From Camelus ferus (lineage: Eukaryota), in assembly GCF_009834535.1 (NCBI RefSeq), contig NC_045712.1, positions 37,324,001 to 37,388,000 of the forward strand: a DNA stretch of 64,000 nt, read 5' to 3'. A model generated the notes under the pieces. That model ran no database searches. It saw only the letters and a list, made by a program, of their open reading frames with translations, and had not been told where the DNA came from. Below, in pieces: positions 1 to 12,600 of this stretch (the stretch's first letter is position 1; every line of letters starts with the position of its first letter). The position numbers and the translations under genes were made by a program.

Positions 1-311
1 GTAACCATAGGTTTGTTTTCTATGTCTGTGAGTCTTTCTGTTTTGTAAGTTCATTTGTGTCAATTTTTTATATTCCACATGTAAGCCATATCATATGGTA
101 TTTGTCTTTCTCTTTCTGACTTACTTCACTTAGTATGATAATCTCTAGGTCCATCCATGTTGCTGCAAATGGCATTATTTCACTCTTTTTATGGCTGAGT
201 AGTATTCCATTGAGTGTGTCTGTACCACATCTTCTTTACCCATTCATTTGTTGATGGACATTTAGGTTGCTTCCATGACTTGGCTCTTGTAAATAGTGCT
301 GCTATGAACAT
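1..311 (-). mobile_element. LINE-1 3' region fragment (antisense) in an LZTFL1 intron
   Basis: Typical reverse L1 motifs: ttcacttagtatgataatctctaggtccatccatgttgctgcaaatggcatt ... gatggacatttaggttgcttcca ... aatagtgctgctatgaacat. Same family as 14735-15119. Confidence 0.85.
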
Positions 312-1368
312 GCCCCATGTTTTTTGAAGCAAATCTCGGAGATTACATCATTTCCTCTGTAGATATTTTTTAAATAGAAGGATACTTCTTATAAGGCTAA
401 AAAACGAAATATATATGATTTTAAATTATTATATACCAAGGACCATAAATTTATAAAATAGCTAAATACTCCAGAACAGCTTTATAATTTCTCAAAAGTA
501 AAACAGTTGCACACATTTTTGGATGATGAATTCATTTTAAAAGCCATCTTGGACTTTACTCCAATTTTAATTTTAAGATTTTGGCAAAAGCAAAATATGT
601 ACATGTCTTCACTAGATGCAATGAAATAAAATCTTTTTAAAGACCAGATTCAAAAATGAGTAAGGAATTCTTTCGTTGATAGTACTGCTTCATCTTCATA
701 TTTAGCAATTATAAACTATTTTCCTGTCTTATTAATAAGACTCTTTTTTTTCTACTATAAATTTTATCTAGCTAAAACAGGATCCAGTTAGAAGATCCAG
801 CTGTGCTTGTATTACACTGACAAAGTGTACAAATATGTGCATATTGAATCAATGTAAAAATTTACAATCTTGTCAATTTAGCAAGCCATACAATCAGTAA
901 GCATTAACTAGGCTCTCCTAATATCGTACATGAGTAAAACATGCCTGTTACATTTTTATATTAATTGTGTTAATTTTATTATTTTTCCATCTGTATCATT
1001 CAAAATTCTTAAGGATTTATTTTAACTTTTCTAAAATGAAACCTGTTTGTCATCCCAATTCTGGGACACACAACCCTGTCAGATTTAGGATCTTACCCCT
1101 CTCCTGCTCCTCTTTGGAATTCCAGCAGTTCATAATCATATTTTACATCCTTGAAAATCAATGACCATTGAGTGCCTGCTGGGTGCAGACACCGTGCACT
1201 GTGGGCTGCAGGTGAACTGAGTGTGCTGGCGACCCTTCTGGAGCTGGAGCAGCGGAGGAGGCTGGCGGGGAGGCTGACATGCACACGTGACACACAGCCT
1301 CAGCCGTGTTGAATCTAAAACAGTTACTATTTAGAATGAAATTATATGAATTTATGTATTTTTCATAG

Positions 1369-1545
1369 GATTTTGTAAAAGCCCAGGATTTGAGTGACTT
1401 GGAAAACACAGTTGCTGCTTTAAAGAGTGAGTTTCAGAAGACACTTAACAACCAGACAGAAAACCAGAAGTCACTGGAGGAGAATCTGGCCATGGCCAAG
1501 CACGACCTCCTCAGGGTTCAGGAGCAGCTGAGCATGGCTGAAAAG
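1369..1545 (+). CDS. LZTFL1: LZTFL1 (BBS17) third-last coding exon, 177 nt, phase 0/0: DFVKAQDLSDLENTVAALKSEFQKTLNNQTENQKSLEENLAMAKHDLLRVQEQLSMAEK
   Basis: Acceptor tttcatag at 1361-1368 and donor gtcaga at 1546. The translation matches the recalled LZTFL1 C-terminal coiled coil/leucine zipper. Earlier exons lie before the window. Confidence 0.96.
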
Positions 1546-2335
1546 GTCAGATTTGTCAGTTCACAGTCCAATTAAGTGGTGAACCTGGTGTAATTAAGGG
1601 AAATGTTAGACAACTGCAGAGTCACTTTAATTTTTCTCAAGGTATTAGGCAATTTGTGTTCTAAAGATGTATCATTTTTGGGCACTGAGATTCTCCTATC
1701 TTTGGCACTAAAATATCTGTGACATTAAGAGACCTGCACTCCTTCCTATTGTCTGGTAAACACTTCACCCCAGGTGGCTTACATCCGCTACCCTGCACCT
1801 GCTACGTTGCTTTTCCTGCTCGTCCTTCTGACAGTGGCAGAGGGATAGGTGGCTTTTTTTTTTTTAAAGGATTCTATACCTTTTTTCTTAATTTATATGA
1901 AATATGTAGAGAACAGTTTGTTCGTTTTAGGGGTTAGACTCTTAGGATTATGGGAGCCAAAATGTAACTAAATTAAAAACCCTCCTCTCTAAATACTGGC
2001 ACTACTTTGGGATTTGGAAAAAAGAGCATGCTTGTTTTACCTGAAAATGAATTTACTTTTTCAAATAGATTTCCCATGTCTAGGGCATCGTATGTTTATT
2101 TGCTAGTATTGTACTTGGGGAAATGTTACTATTTTATTGGCTTCTCATTGAAAGAATGTATTTTTTAAGTTTGGATAGTCTTAATTTTATATAAACATAT
2201 TTTTAAAAAGAAATTAGAATATAATATAAGCAGAAAATTAGTAAAATTAAAGCAAAAAATATACATTTTCATCAGATTTGTTCTTTCTTTCCATAACAAT
2301 TTCTTAGTAATGAGCTGACGTTTTTTGCTATTCAG

Positions 2336-2439
2336 GAATTAGAGAAGAAATTCCAACAAACAGCAGCTTATCGAAACATGAAAGAAATGCTTACAAAGAA
2401 GAATGACCAAATCAAAGACCTGAGAAAAAGATTGGCAAA
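2336..2439 (+). CDS. LZTFL1: LZTFL1 penultimate coding exon, 104 nt: ELEKKFQQTAAYRNMKEMLTKKNDQIKDLRKRLA(K)
   Basis: Acceptor ttttttgctattcag ends 2335 and donor gtaagc starts 2440. In frame with the previous exon and matches the LZTFL1 C-terminus. Confidence 0.97.
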
Positions 2440-3510
2440 GTAAGCCAAGCTTCCCGGATTTGTCACCCTGCTGGGTTGATGTCTGTCCTTCATTAAGTCT
2501 AATCTTGTGTCCGGAGAGGTCAGGCCAGTGGGGAGTTGCTCTGTCATTCAGTCCAGAAGCCTGTGTGTGAGGAAGGCAGAGGGGCTTTGGCCAGGCCTTG
2601 TCTGTAATGCCCACCAGGGTTTCTTTTTGGGTTCAGCAGGACCTTTAGGCTCACACAGGACTACACGAGGCTACTCTTGCAGTGCATTCTCTTAGCAGGT
2701 ATCAGACAAGAACCACAGCAAGCATGCAGGGCAGCACTGGGCGTTTCTCCTCAGCAGTGTCCTTGTAGCAATCCAAGAGCTGTCAGACTGTGCCCTCATG
2801 TGACAATTTAGGTGCTAGAAAATAAGGCCCATGCAGAAAGGTGCCAAAGCCAGCGATGCCTAGAAGTCTGTGCCCCACATAGGTCCAGTGTTTCTAGTAC
2901 AGTCACGTGACACCCAGGCAGTGACGTGTTGGATACAAGAACTCACTGCCCCCAAGGAAGCTTAAGCCGTGGCTCCCACCATGGATGTGTAATTGTCCAC
3001 AGTTGTCCTGGTCCAGATGGAGTCTTCTTATCAGGGTCATTTCTGTCATCAGTGGTTCTGCCTGGAAACTCAGCTGACATTTTACCTTTATCAGGGTCCC
3101 AAGGGACCAGAGCTAAAAAGTGAATCCAGGATCACATTTGTCCTTAGAGAAGGGGATATGTTAACCCTTTACTCACAAAGCCCTATCAGGTATTTGTGTC
3201 CATCAGGCAGTCGATTAGATAACCACTGGATCTCGACTCTATTAAGCTGTCACGGCTCTAGTGGCAGGTGCAGAGACTGGGGGTCTGATGATGTCTTAGC
3301 AGTTATCTGCTCCATTCTCCCACCTGCTGCAGGATTCCCCTCAGTCACCCTCCTAATGCCTGGAACATATCTGACTTTTACTGTAGCAGTGATTTTAAGT
3401 GAAAAATGAAATGTTACTGGTTCAGTCACTGGAAATGTTTTAAGTAAACTCATTTGGTAACAACAACAAAGTATCATGCAGTTATGCTCTTAATTTATAT
3501 CTCTTTCCAG

Positions 3511-3529
3511 ATACGAACCTGAAGATTAA
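3511..3529 (+). CDS. LZTFL1: LZTFL1 terminal coding exon: (K)YEPED-stop
   Basis: Acceptor ctctttccag ends 3510, followed by a tac gaa cct gaa gat taa. This completes the split codon and gives the known YEPED C-terminus. Confidence 0.96.
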
Positions 3530-4996
3530 AAACTGAAGGTTTTGTCTAGAAGCTACCACAGCGTGAAAGTACAGGCTGTTTCCCAGCTCAGGCATGTATT
3601 TGAAGCAGTTTGTTATAATCCCTCTCTTTTATTTTTCTAAGATTTAGACTTTGCTTCTAATATTTAGGACTAGAGTTCTTATCTAAGTTACCTAATTGAA
3701 AAGAGAGAAACCTGTTGACTCATTCTGGCCGGGTTGTCCCTAACTCCTCTCTGCCGAGTGCCCCAGAGTCTTAGTTCAAATGCAGTGAGAGTTCTCTATA
3801 GTAAAGAAGAGGCTTTTAGAGTGGGAAGAAAGGTTTTCCTTTTGCATTAGTATAAGGAGTATGCTTTTTCAATAATGTTAAAGCTAGCATCTTTATTTGT
3901 GCATTCCCAGAGTAAAAATAAATATAGAACTATTAAAGATAGTTATTACAAATAAACCTTATTTTTTAAAATGGAATCTAATTTGTTTTCTCTATTTAAC
4001 CATCAAGAAAATATATGAATTTATTGAAAATGTGAATACCATCTATTATAGGCAGCACTTTTACCAAAATTGTAATGAAAATTAACAATGCACATGAAGA
4101 TTCAGTTAACTCTGGTCTGTCTTGCTAAATGCTGTGTTTATCAGAGGAGGGTCAGACATTTTTTTGTATCCCAACTTATCATGAGTCTGTATTACTGATG
4201 AAAAAGTCAGAGCCATCCTGTGTTTCTATAGTTGAGAAAGTATCTAGACAAAGAATAAATTAATTTTTATACTTCATTTTCCAGAATATTCTTTTAAATT
4301 ACATGTTAAATAAGAACATTTTTTAAAAGGCTTCTTTTCAACATAAAATGAGTTATCAAACCTCAGATTCAACTTTTGAGTATAATTTATATGCATCTAC
4401 AGTAATTGCATTGTCAAGAGGTTTTAGTTATATTTCCATTCATCCTGCTTTTTCTTGTGTGATTTGGGGTAAATCATTAGAAATTAGGTATCATAGCTAC
4501 AGCTGTGTAAGGCGACAATACACTATAAGGGTAAACAAAATAAAGTCCCTAAAGCAGTGATACCTCAGAAGGAAAGTACTTACTGTTAACACATTATGTA
4601 GAAAGTAATTATTCCCACTTCCAAAAGCAGAAGGTCACACCCTAAATGAGCGCTGTCTGCTAAGAGAGGTCATCCCATGTCCACAAATGAAGATTTTATT
4701 TACCAAGAAGAGTTTACTGATCGGAGGATAAGGCTTGCTATTATTTTTATTCAAGCTTTTAATACTAGCCTTGAATTTGTTGTTTTTCTTGTAGGTTTTA
4801 TGTTAAAATACTGAAGGAACAAATGATAAAGGGTAAGATAATTTCCCTCCAAAAGGACACAGAAGGCAGTCTTAAAAAGACGAATGAATCAGAGAAGGGA
4901 GGGAGAAAAAGCCACTAACAAGCCAGCACTTGTTGCATGGTCGTTCCTCACCTGTCTCTCACTATTCAGGTCGCTCATTGGTTTCTGTGTCCTTTT

Positions 4997-5158
4997 TTAA
5001 AATTTATTTATTTGTTTGTTTATTTATTTATTTAGTGTGGGGAGGTAATTAGGTCTGTTTATTTATTTATTTATTTTTAGAGGAGTTCCTGGGGACTGAA
5101 CCCAGGACCTTGTGTATGCTAAGCATGTGCTCTACCACTTGAGCTATCCCCTCCCTGC
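4997..5158 (-). mobile_element. Camelid tRNA-derived SINE (Vic-1 type), antisense, with 13-bp TSD
   Basis: Reverse strand reads gggaggggatagctcaagtggtagagcacatgcttagcatacacaaggtcctgggttcagtccccagg plus an (AAAT)n tail. TSD tctgtgtcctttt at 4984-4996 and 5159-5171. Confidence 0.9.
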
Positions 5159-5616
5159 TCTGTGTCCTTTTAGAGCTTTCACTGAGGGTTCTAGTCTCAC
5201 CCCGTGTTTCTTTATGCCAAAATTAATTCTCTCTCCAAAAAACATTCCATTATTTATGGACTGGGATATTCTGTATAATTCAGAAACAGAATTCTTGATT
5301 AACTGGCTTGTGTATCTTTCAAAAACCGTTATTTTCTCCCTGCACATTTCTTAGTTTGATACCTGTAGGGAAGGAAGTTATGTTGAGAAATCCATGTTGC
5401 TAGGTAGAATTTCACCTTGTTTTCTTTGGTAGCAACTTTGAAATAGTCTATATAGTGTATTCCAGTTCAGTAATAAATTCAAAAGTATTTATGAAACCTT
5501 AAAACCTAACTATGCTAACTATGCCCCACATTAAGATAAAAAAATTAGCATTCTTTGACATAAATCAACATAATGATTCACATGTAAATACTTTTTCTGC
5601 CGTGGTTTTGTCATTC

Positions 5617-5635
5617 TGTGTGTGTGTGTGTGTGT
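5617..5635 (+). repeat. (TG)9 microsatellite
   Basis: Direct reading. Confidence 0.95.
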
Positions 5636-6198
5636 ATTTTAACTCATATGGTTAGCAAAATGCAGTATTAAATTTTTAAAATATTTTCCTAGTTTTAAGA
5701 TGTATCTCATTTAACTAAGACAGAAAGCCTTTTTAGTTGATACACTTTGGGTTTCTGAGAATGTTGCTTCCACAGCCCTGATTGAACTGTCAGTGTGCTA
5801 AGCTATATACACTGTGCACTGTGGCTGTAATTCCTAAAGCTTTAATTTAGCTTAAATATTCAAGATTCCTACTGAATTATGACCCAGACCCTTTACTGAC
5901 AAAAATAAAATGTAAAGGGTTTTTGTTAATTTCTTCTGTTCAACATTTAAGTTTATTTTTTCTCATTTTGTGTTTCATTTTGAATCATATTAATGTTTAA
6001 TGATCATTTGTTTATGTTTTATATAACTCATTATGAGAAAAATATTGCTCTACATTGAATTTGTAATCCTATTCGATAAAACCTTTGCTATTTTGTATTT
6101 CCATTCTGATGAACTGAAAAGGGTTTATAGAGATGTTTACACCTTTAAATAGTTAGTGCTGGCTTGTCAAAGACCTCATGATAATCTTGTTAGAAAGG

Positions 6199-6420
6199 GT
6201 CTTACTTGGGTCCTCCCAAATGCAGACCTTAGGATAAGGATTTGGGTGTAGTTTATTTGGGAAGTGATTCCATGAAGTCCTGTGGGAGAATAAGGACCTG
6301 AGACGAGTTGAAAGGAGTACCACTAGAGGCATCTGGGGCTCAGTCCTGCTGGGGACCCCCTGAGACACTGTGGAAACATGTCCACGTTCTCCCACTGCCT
6401 GTGCTAGATTCCCCCTCCCC
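6199..6420 (-). mobile_element. ERVL-class LTR (LTR16/LTR33-like), probable 3' LTR of the adjacent ERVL
   Basis: tcttacttgggtcctcccaaatgcagaccttaggataaggatttgggtgtagtttatttgggaagtgattcc resembles the reverse-complement terminus of these LTRs. Confidence 0.65.
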
Positions 6421-7381
6421 TCCAGCCAGCATTACTGCTGGTCAGCATTGCTTGTCTGGTGGGGTGAGCCAGACCTTCTTCTCTTAGGGGTCTGAGCCCG
6501 TGATTACTTTGCCCTTGTCATGCTGTCGTAGTGAAAGTTCCCATTTATTGTTATCCCCAAGGAGCATCCCTGTGACTTATAAAGCCAGGAAAACTTCTTG
6601 CTGCCCCATTGTGTAGCAACACCCCAACTTCCTGGTGACAATTAGTGTCAATTACCCTTTCCCAGTATGGTAACACTTTTGTTTGCCTTCTGGCCTGCTG
6701 ACTTGAAGAGCCCCAAAATACACAGGCAGCAGTCATAACTTGGGATTAACTGGAACTCTTACTGTGCCTAGAAACACTAGTCTTCAGAGCCTAAAGCTGC
6801 AGAATCAAGAAGCACAAAATCCCCCAAGTAACAAAATGATGGTGAGAGGAGCCACTCCTATTTACACCCCTTGGTTCCCAAAATCATGTGATCTGGTTGT
6901 TGGTTCAGTGTATATACCACATCGTGAAGGGCAGCACCTCAGTCCCACGGGGCATCATCTGCTGTCAAGTAATTCCAACATGTAATAATCTGGCAGCTTC
7001 CAAGTGATGTAGTATATGATAGGACCAATAGACCTTGGGTCTGTGTGCCCCACTGTCATACTTCTCTGACTTTAGTCCCTTCATGTGGGTCCCTTGGTCT
7101 GATCCGATGTTGTGTAGGATCCCATGTGAGCCCTCAGTAGTGGTACTGGCAGGGGCATGGTGGACAGGTAAGATAAACCCATGTTTGAAATATGTGTAAG
7201 TTCCCATCAGGATGAATGAATCACTGCCCCTTCCAGAGTGGAGGAGGTCCAGTGTAATCAACTTGTAACAAACTGGCTGATTGTTCTCTAAAGTGATAAC
7301 ACATTCTGTCCACCTAGTTGTTCAGCACCTTCTACAATGGATGTTCTCTGGTGGGCATTAACAAGAGATAAAACGATCCAT
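6420..7381 (-). mobile_element. Decayed ERVL internal region, 3' part of pol (integrase and end of RNase H)
   Basis: ORF 6965-7261(-) contains GILHNIGSDQGTH...WSYHILHHLEAA, matching the ERVL integrase motif GIPHSIASDQGTHF...WSYHVPHHPEAA. The reverse of 7340-7375 encodes a VNAHQ-like RNase H motif. Confidence 0.85.
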
Positions 7382-9631
7382 CTCTTATACTTAATGGTGA
7401 GAAACTTGAAGCTTTCCCACTAAGATCAGGTATAAGGAAGGGATGTCCTCTCTCACCACTCCTTTTTAACATTGTTTTGGAAGTTGTAGCTAAAGCAATA
7501 AGAAAGGGAAATAAAAGATATTCATATTGGGAAGGAAGAAATAAAACTGTATTTGTACACAGATGACATGACTGTCTAGAAAATACAAAAGAATCAACGA
7601 CAAAACTCCTGGAACTAGTAGATGATTATACTAAGGTTGCAAGGTACAAGATTAATTTACAAAAGTTAATCTCTTTCTTTATACAGCAACAATGAACAAG
7701 TGGAATTTGAAATTTAAAACACAACACCACTTACATTAGCACCCCCAAAAATGAAATAATTAGGTATAAATATAACAAAATGTGTGAAAGATTTATATGA
7801 GGGTAACTACAAACCTCTGATGAAAGAAATCAATGAGGAACTCAATAAATGGAGAGATATTTCATATTCATACATAGGAAGACTCAGTATTGTCACAATG
7901 CCAGTTGCTCCCAACTTAATTTGTAGATTCAGTGCAGTCCCAGTCAAAATCTTAGCAAGTTATTTTGTAGCTATGAAGATACCATTTTGTAGATAAATGA
8001 TTCTAAAATTAATGTGGAGAGTCAGAAGACCCAGACTAGCGAACACAATATTAAAGAACAAAAGTTGGAGGACTGACCCTACCCAACATCAAAACTGACT
8101 GTAAAGCTGTAGTAGTCAAGATGGTGTGATGATGCTTAAAGAAGACAAATAGGTCAATGGAACACAAAAAAGAGCCCAGAAATAGACTCACACAGATACA
8201 GTCAGTTGATCTTTGACAGAGGAGCAATGGTAGTACAATGGAGCAAAGATAGTTTTCTCAGCAAAGGATGCTAGAACAACTGGCCATTCACGTGCAACAA
8301 AGTGAGTCTTGACNNNNNNNNNNNNNNNNNNNNNNNNNNNNNNNNNNNNNNNNNNNNNNNNNNNNNNNNNNNNNNNNNNNNNNNNNNNNNNNNNNNNNNN
8401 NNNNNNNNNNNNNNNNNNNNNNNNNNNNNNNNNNNNNNNNNNNNNNNNNNNNNNNNNNNNNNNNNNNNNNNNNNNNNNNNNNNNNNNNNNNNNNNNNNNN
8501 NNNNNNNNNNNNNNNNNNNNNNNNNNNNNNNNNNNNNNNNNNNNNNNNNNNNNNNNNNNNNNNNNNNNNNNNNNNNNNNNNNNNNNNNNNNNNNNNNNNN
8601 NNNNNNNNNNNNNNNNNNNNNNNNNNNNNNNNNNNNNNNNNNNNNNNNNNNNNNNNNNNNNNNNNNNNNNNNNNNNNNNNNNNNNNNNNNNNNNNNNNNN
8701 NNNNNNNNNNCTACAAATAAGCATACGAAAATAGCATGTCATCAGGGAATAAAATAAAATAGCAGTGAGATACCACTATACATCTTTTAGAATGGCCAAA
8801 ATCCAAAGTATTTCACAATACCAAACGCTGGCAAAAATGTGGAGCAACAGGAACTCTCATCCATTGCTGGTGGGAATACAAAATGATACAGCCACTGTGG
8901 AAGGCAGTTCGGCGTTTCCTTATAAACTAAACAAACACGTGCCATGTGATCCAGCAGTTGTGGTCCTNNNNNNNNNNNNNNNNNNNNNNNNNNNNNNNNN
9001 NNNNNNNNNNNNNNNNNNNNNNNNNNNNNNNNNNNNNNNNNNNNNNNNNNNNNNNNNNNNNNNNNNNNNNNNNNNNNNNNNNNNNNNNNNNNNNNNNNNN
9101 NNNNNNNNNNNNNNNNNNNNNNNNNNNNACATCCACACCATGCTAAAAAGGAACTATTAAGCCATAAAATGCTTTCCAAACGAAAGAAGTCAATCTGAAA
9201 AGATACTGTATGACTCCCAACCATATGACACTAGGGAAAAGACAAAAATGTAGAGACAATAAAAATACCAGTGGTTTCCAGGGGTTGAGGGGAGGGAAGA
9301 GATGAATAGGTGGAGGACAGAGGATTTAATGAGGGGCAGTGAATATTCACTGTATGGTACTGTAATGATGGATACATACCATTATGCATTTGTCCAAACT
9401 CATAGAATGCATAACACCAAGGGTGAACCCTAATGTAAACTATGGACTTTGGATGATAATGATGTGTCATTGTAGGTTCATCAGTTGTAACAAATGTTAG
9501 ACTCTGGTGGGGAATGTTACTACCTTGTGGAGGAGGCTATGCATGTGTGGGGACAGGGAGTATATGGGAACTCTTACCTTCCACTCAATTTTGCTATGAA
9601 CAGACTGTTCTAAAAAACTAAAGCTAAAAAA
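7382..9631 (+). mobile_element. 5'-truncated LINE-1 (ORF2 3' part and 3' UTR, old L1M-type) inserted in ERVL pol; contains two N gaps
   Basis: ORF 7784-7996 KDLYEGNYKPLMKEINEELNKWRDI...IGRLSIV is L1 ORF2. A-rich tail at 9611-9637. TSD-like taaaacgatccat (7369-7381) and taaaaagatccat (9632-9644). Confidence 0.9.
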
Positions 9632-9644
9632 TAAAAAGATCCAT

Positions 9645-12600
9645 CCCCACACTCTGTGCTGTTTACCATGAGTCTACCCCTTGCCTCTTTCCCAGTCCTC
9701 CTTGTTTTCAATCTTCCAAACTCGATGCTTCCAGGACCCCGGCCTCCAGTCAAATCACTCAACACTCTCTAGAGTCCACATATATTCTTACCTCTGACCT
9801 CTTCTCCCTCCTTCAGCCACCAGGTTGAAGTGTACACTTGAAGGTCTGCCCACTGGGGGAATTCCCGCCCGAACTGTTCTGCACTACGGAGTGGAACTGT
9901 AGAACAGCAGCAAGCCGTTTGGGGCTTATATTTGGATACTGAGCTGACTCATTCGTTTACCAAACCTGGGCTTGTTTCTTTGTTACCGTAGTGTAGGTGT
10001 GAGCTACAGGCGAGTTATTAGTGTAACGACATGGGAGTTTAAACCATCTGTGCAATTTGCTTGTGCCCTCTGGACCTTCTTGGCCCAATCCTGAGTGTAC
10101 CATTTTTATTTTATTATGGATTGATGGTGTGCCTGCCTGGCCTTATGGTTTAGTCGTTCTGACAAGACTCAGCTGATAATGGATGACTCAGTCTCTGCAG
10201 GGGTCTAGTGGCATGCAAGGACGTGCTTTTCAAAGAGTAGATAGTTCTCTGCTGCCTTGCTCCAGAAGCCTAGAAGTTTCAGCATCAGAACTCCTTGACA
10301 GGGGCTTGTCAGCCTCTGACCACAGTTGCCTCTTGCACTATGGATCTTCTGGGACGTGTAGCCCAAGTTGCAGGATACATTCTGTGCTGCAGTCTGAAGC
10401 ACAGAGAGCTACAGAGCCCTCTCTCACTCTGCACTCAAAACTGGCAGCCTTCTGAATGACCCAATAAGTGGGTCCAAAGACTATCCAATGCTATGCCTTC
10501 CTTGGTGGTAGAAGGTTCAAGATACAACAGCTAGCTCTTGACTTGGCAGGATGTCGCAGCATTCCCTAGATCACTGTACCTCCAAAAACTTTACCACTTT
10601 GTTAGGCCTCTGAATCTTTCTGAGATTCATGCCCTCCTCTCTGACACACGTGTCACATGGAGCACCCAAATGATTTGCCAGTTCGTGCTCACCAGGTCTG
10701 ATGGACAGCGTAGTGGACCGGCATGACTTTCACAGAATGTCAAGGTGATCAAGGTTTCTTCAGACCGTATTATGGCCAAGCAGGAGAATTATCTACTCCT
10801 GGGGCAAAACTGTGAATGTGTACTGTTATCTAACCCAAGTGAGTGTGAACTGTTTTCAGTTCTCTTTTCTGATGGGGATTGGAAAGAACTCATTAACCAG
10901 GTCCACAGCCTCATGCCAAGGGCTAGAGGTTTTGCTGATTTGTTCTAGTGGAGGTACCACATCCAGCACAGCAGCTGCTCTTTGAAGCTACTTCTTGCTT
11001 TAGGCTAGTCCTCTGTTATCTTCCATGACCCACTGGTTTTTCATTTTGTTGGGGGGGGGTGTTTGTTTGGGGGTTTGCTGTTGCCTTGCAGGGACTATTT
11101 AGTGAGATATCATGGGGATCACTGCCGTTACACCTGGGACATGGTGTTGCCTCTGATTTGGGCCAGCAGGGGTGATAGGGTAGGAAGAGCATTTTGAACC
11201 TAAAATAAGCCTTTCCTACCATTACGGCTTTTACTCCTCAGGTCAAGAAACCAGTGTAAGAGTACACTCATCCCTGTTACCTACTCAGAAACCAGGGAAA
11301 TAACTACAGGTTGGATCCACAGACTCACTGAATCTGCTGTGAGATGGACTTGGGCTAGAACCTTGTTGATTGTCTGACTCCTGCATGGCTCCATTCCAGC
11401 AAGGGCTGCAATGGGCCTTTGGATCCTCTAAGTATGGCAGCTCAAGCCTTGTGTCCAGCTGCTCTTGAAAAATGTGTATAGTCCACTTTGCCAGTGTACA
11501 TTTATTCTGATAAACAGCCACAGGGCTCTTTGGGGTGATTTGGGGGGCATATTTATTATGTATGATTACTGTAACACTATAGGGGTCCTCCTCAGAGGAC
11601 CCAGCCTCCCCTCCAATTGGTGGGCTGTGGAACTGAGAACTGACTCAAGGGTGGGAACTGTAAGAGAGATTAGGATTTTCCATAATGGTGGCTGACATCA
11701 GTTTTTTACTCATCAGCTATTTGGTTTTATAACACAAACAATAGCTTCATTGGTTGCCCATTCATCTCATCTCTAGGAACACCATAATCTATTAGCCACT
11801 GATCTTCAGCCTCTGGTTGCTATTCTGGCCTTGCTGCCCATTAGGTTATTGCATTCATTTTTCTCTCTAATGACTAAGTGCTGCCATTAGACTCTTATTA
11901 TGGAATCCTATCCATTGACCCTAGAGGCCCAATTATATACCATCATCTCCTGTTGTCAGCTCTGGCCAATAGGACAGCAACCACTGAGCTTCTCAACAAT
12001 GCTAATGTTGCATTCCTTATTATTTCAGTGAAGGGAAGTATCCTCTGCCTGTGGGTGGGCTCCCCTATCTTATATCCGTTCTAGCATGTCATCCCTCTGA
12101 GCCTTCTGACCCCTTTTCAGTACTCTGCCAAGGAAGTTATAGAATCTCCTTCTTATTTTGGTACACCATGGTCTTTGAGCTCCTAGGAGCCATTGCAGGT
12201 TTCAAGTGTCCTTGCCGAGGTGCCAAATCCTAAGTCACAAAAGTGAGTCCCCATATCAATAAACTCTTGCTTATCCAGCTTCTGTTATACCACCCGCTCC
12301 ATCATCCTCAAGATCCATGCTCTTCCAGTTTCTGCCAGTCTATATTAGCCAGGTTCTTCAGCTCTTTGGGGGAATAATTTGTTCCCTCTCCAAGCAGGAC
12401 AATATTTCTCTACAAAGGCCATGCCAATACTTAATCCTATTTATTGGTTTAGGAATAATGAATGTAAGTGGGGGCAGATCCTGGGGAGGACAAAAGTTAT
12501 CTTGCCAGCTTTCTCTTTCAAGAGAGGTCTTTGAATGATTTCCAGGTGATGGGAGACTGTCCTCTAGTAAGGAGGAATGAACCACTTGCTAGACCCAAGG

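Larger units (their letters stand above)
3530..6150 (+). other. LZTFL1: LZTFL1 3' UTR (end approximate), AT-rich, with AATAAA at 4254-4259, 4539-4544 and 5904-5909
   Basis: AT-rich sequence after the stop codon, ending where LTR sequence starts near 6200. The true cleavage site cannot be determined from DNA. Confidence 0.6.

Noticed and set aside
8188-9224. Long ORFs across 8188-9224, and similarly near 15105, 22226, 23207 and 35359
   Set aside because: Artefacts of N runs translated as X.
11161-11176. Extra CTCF-like sites (ggccagcaggggtgat; also near 18475 and 24710)
   Set aside because: Mismatches at high-information positions make them much weaker than the three reported sites.
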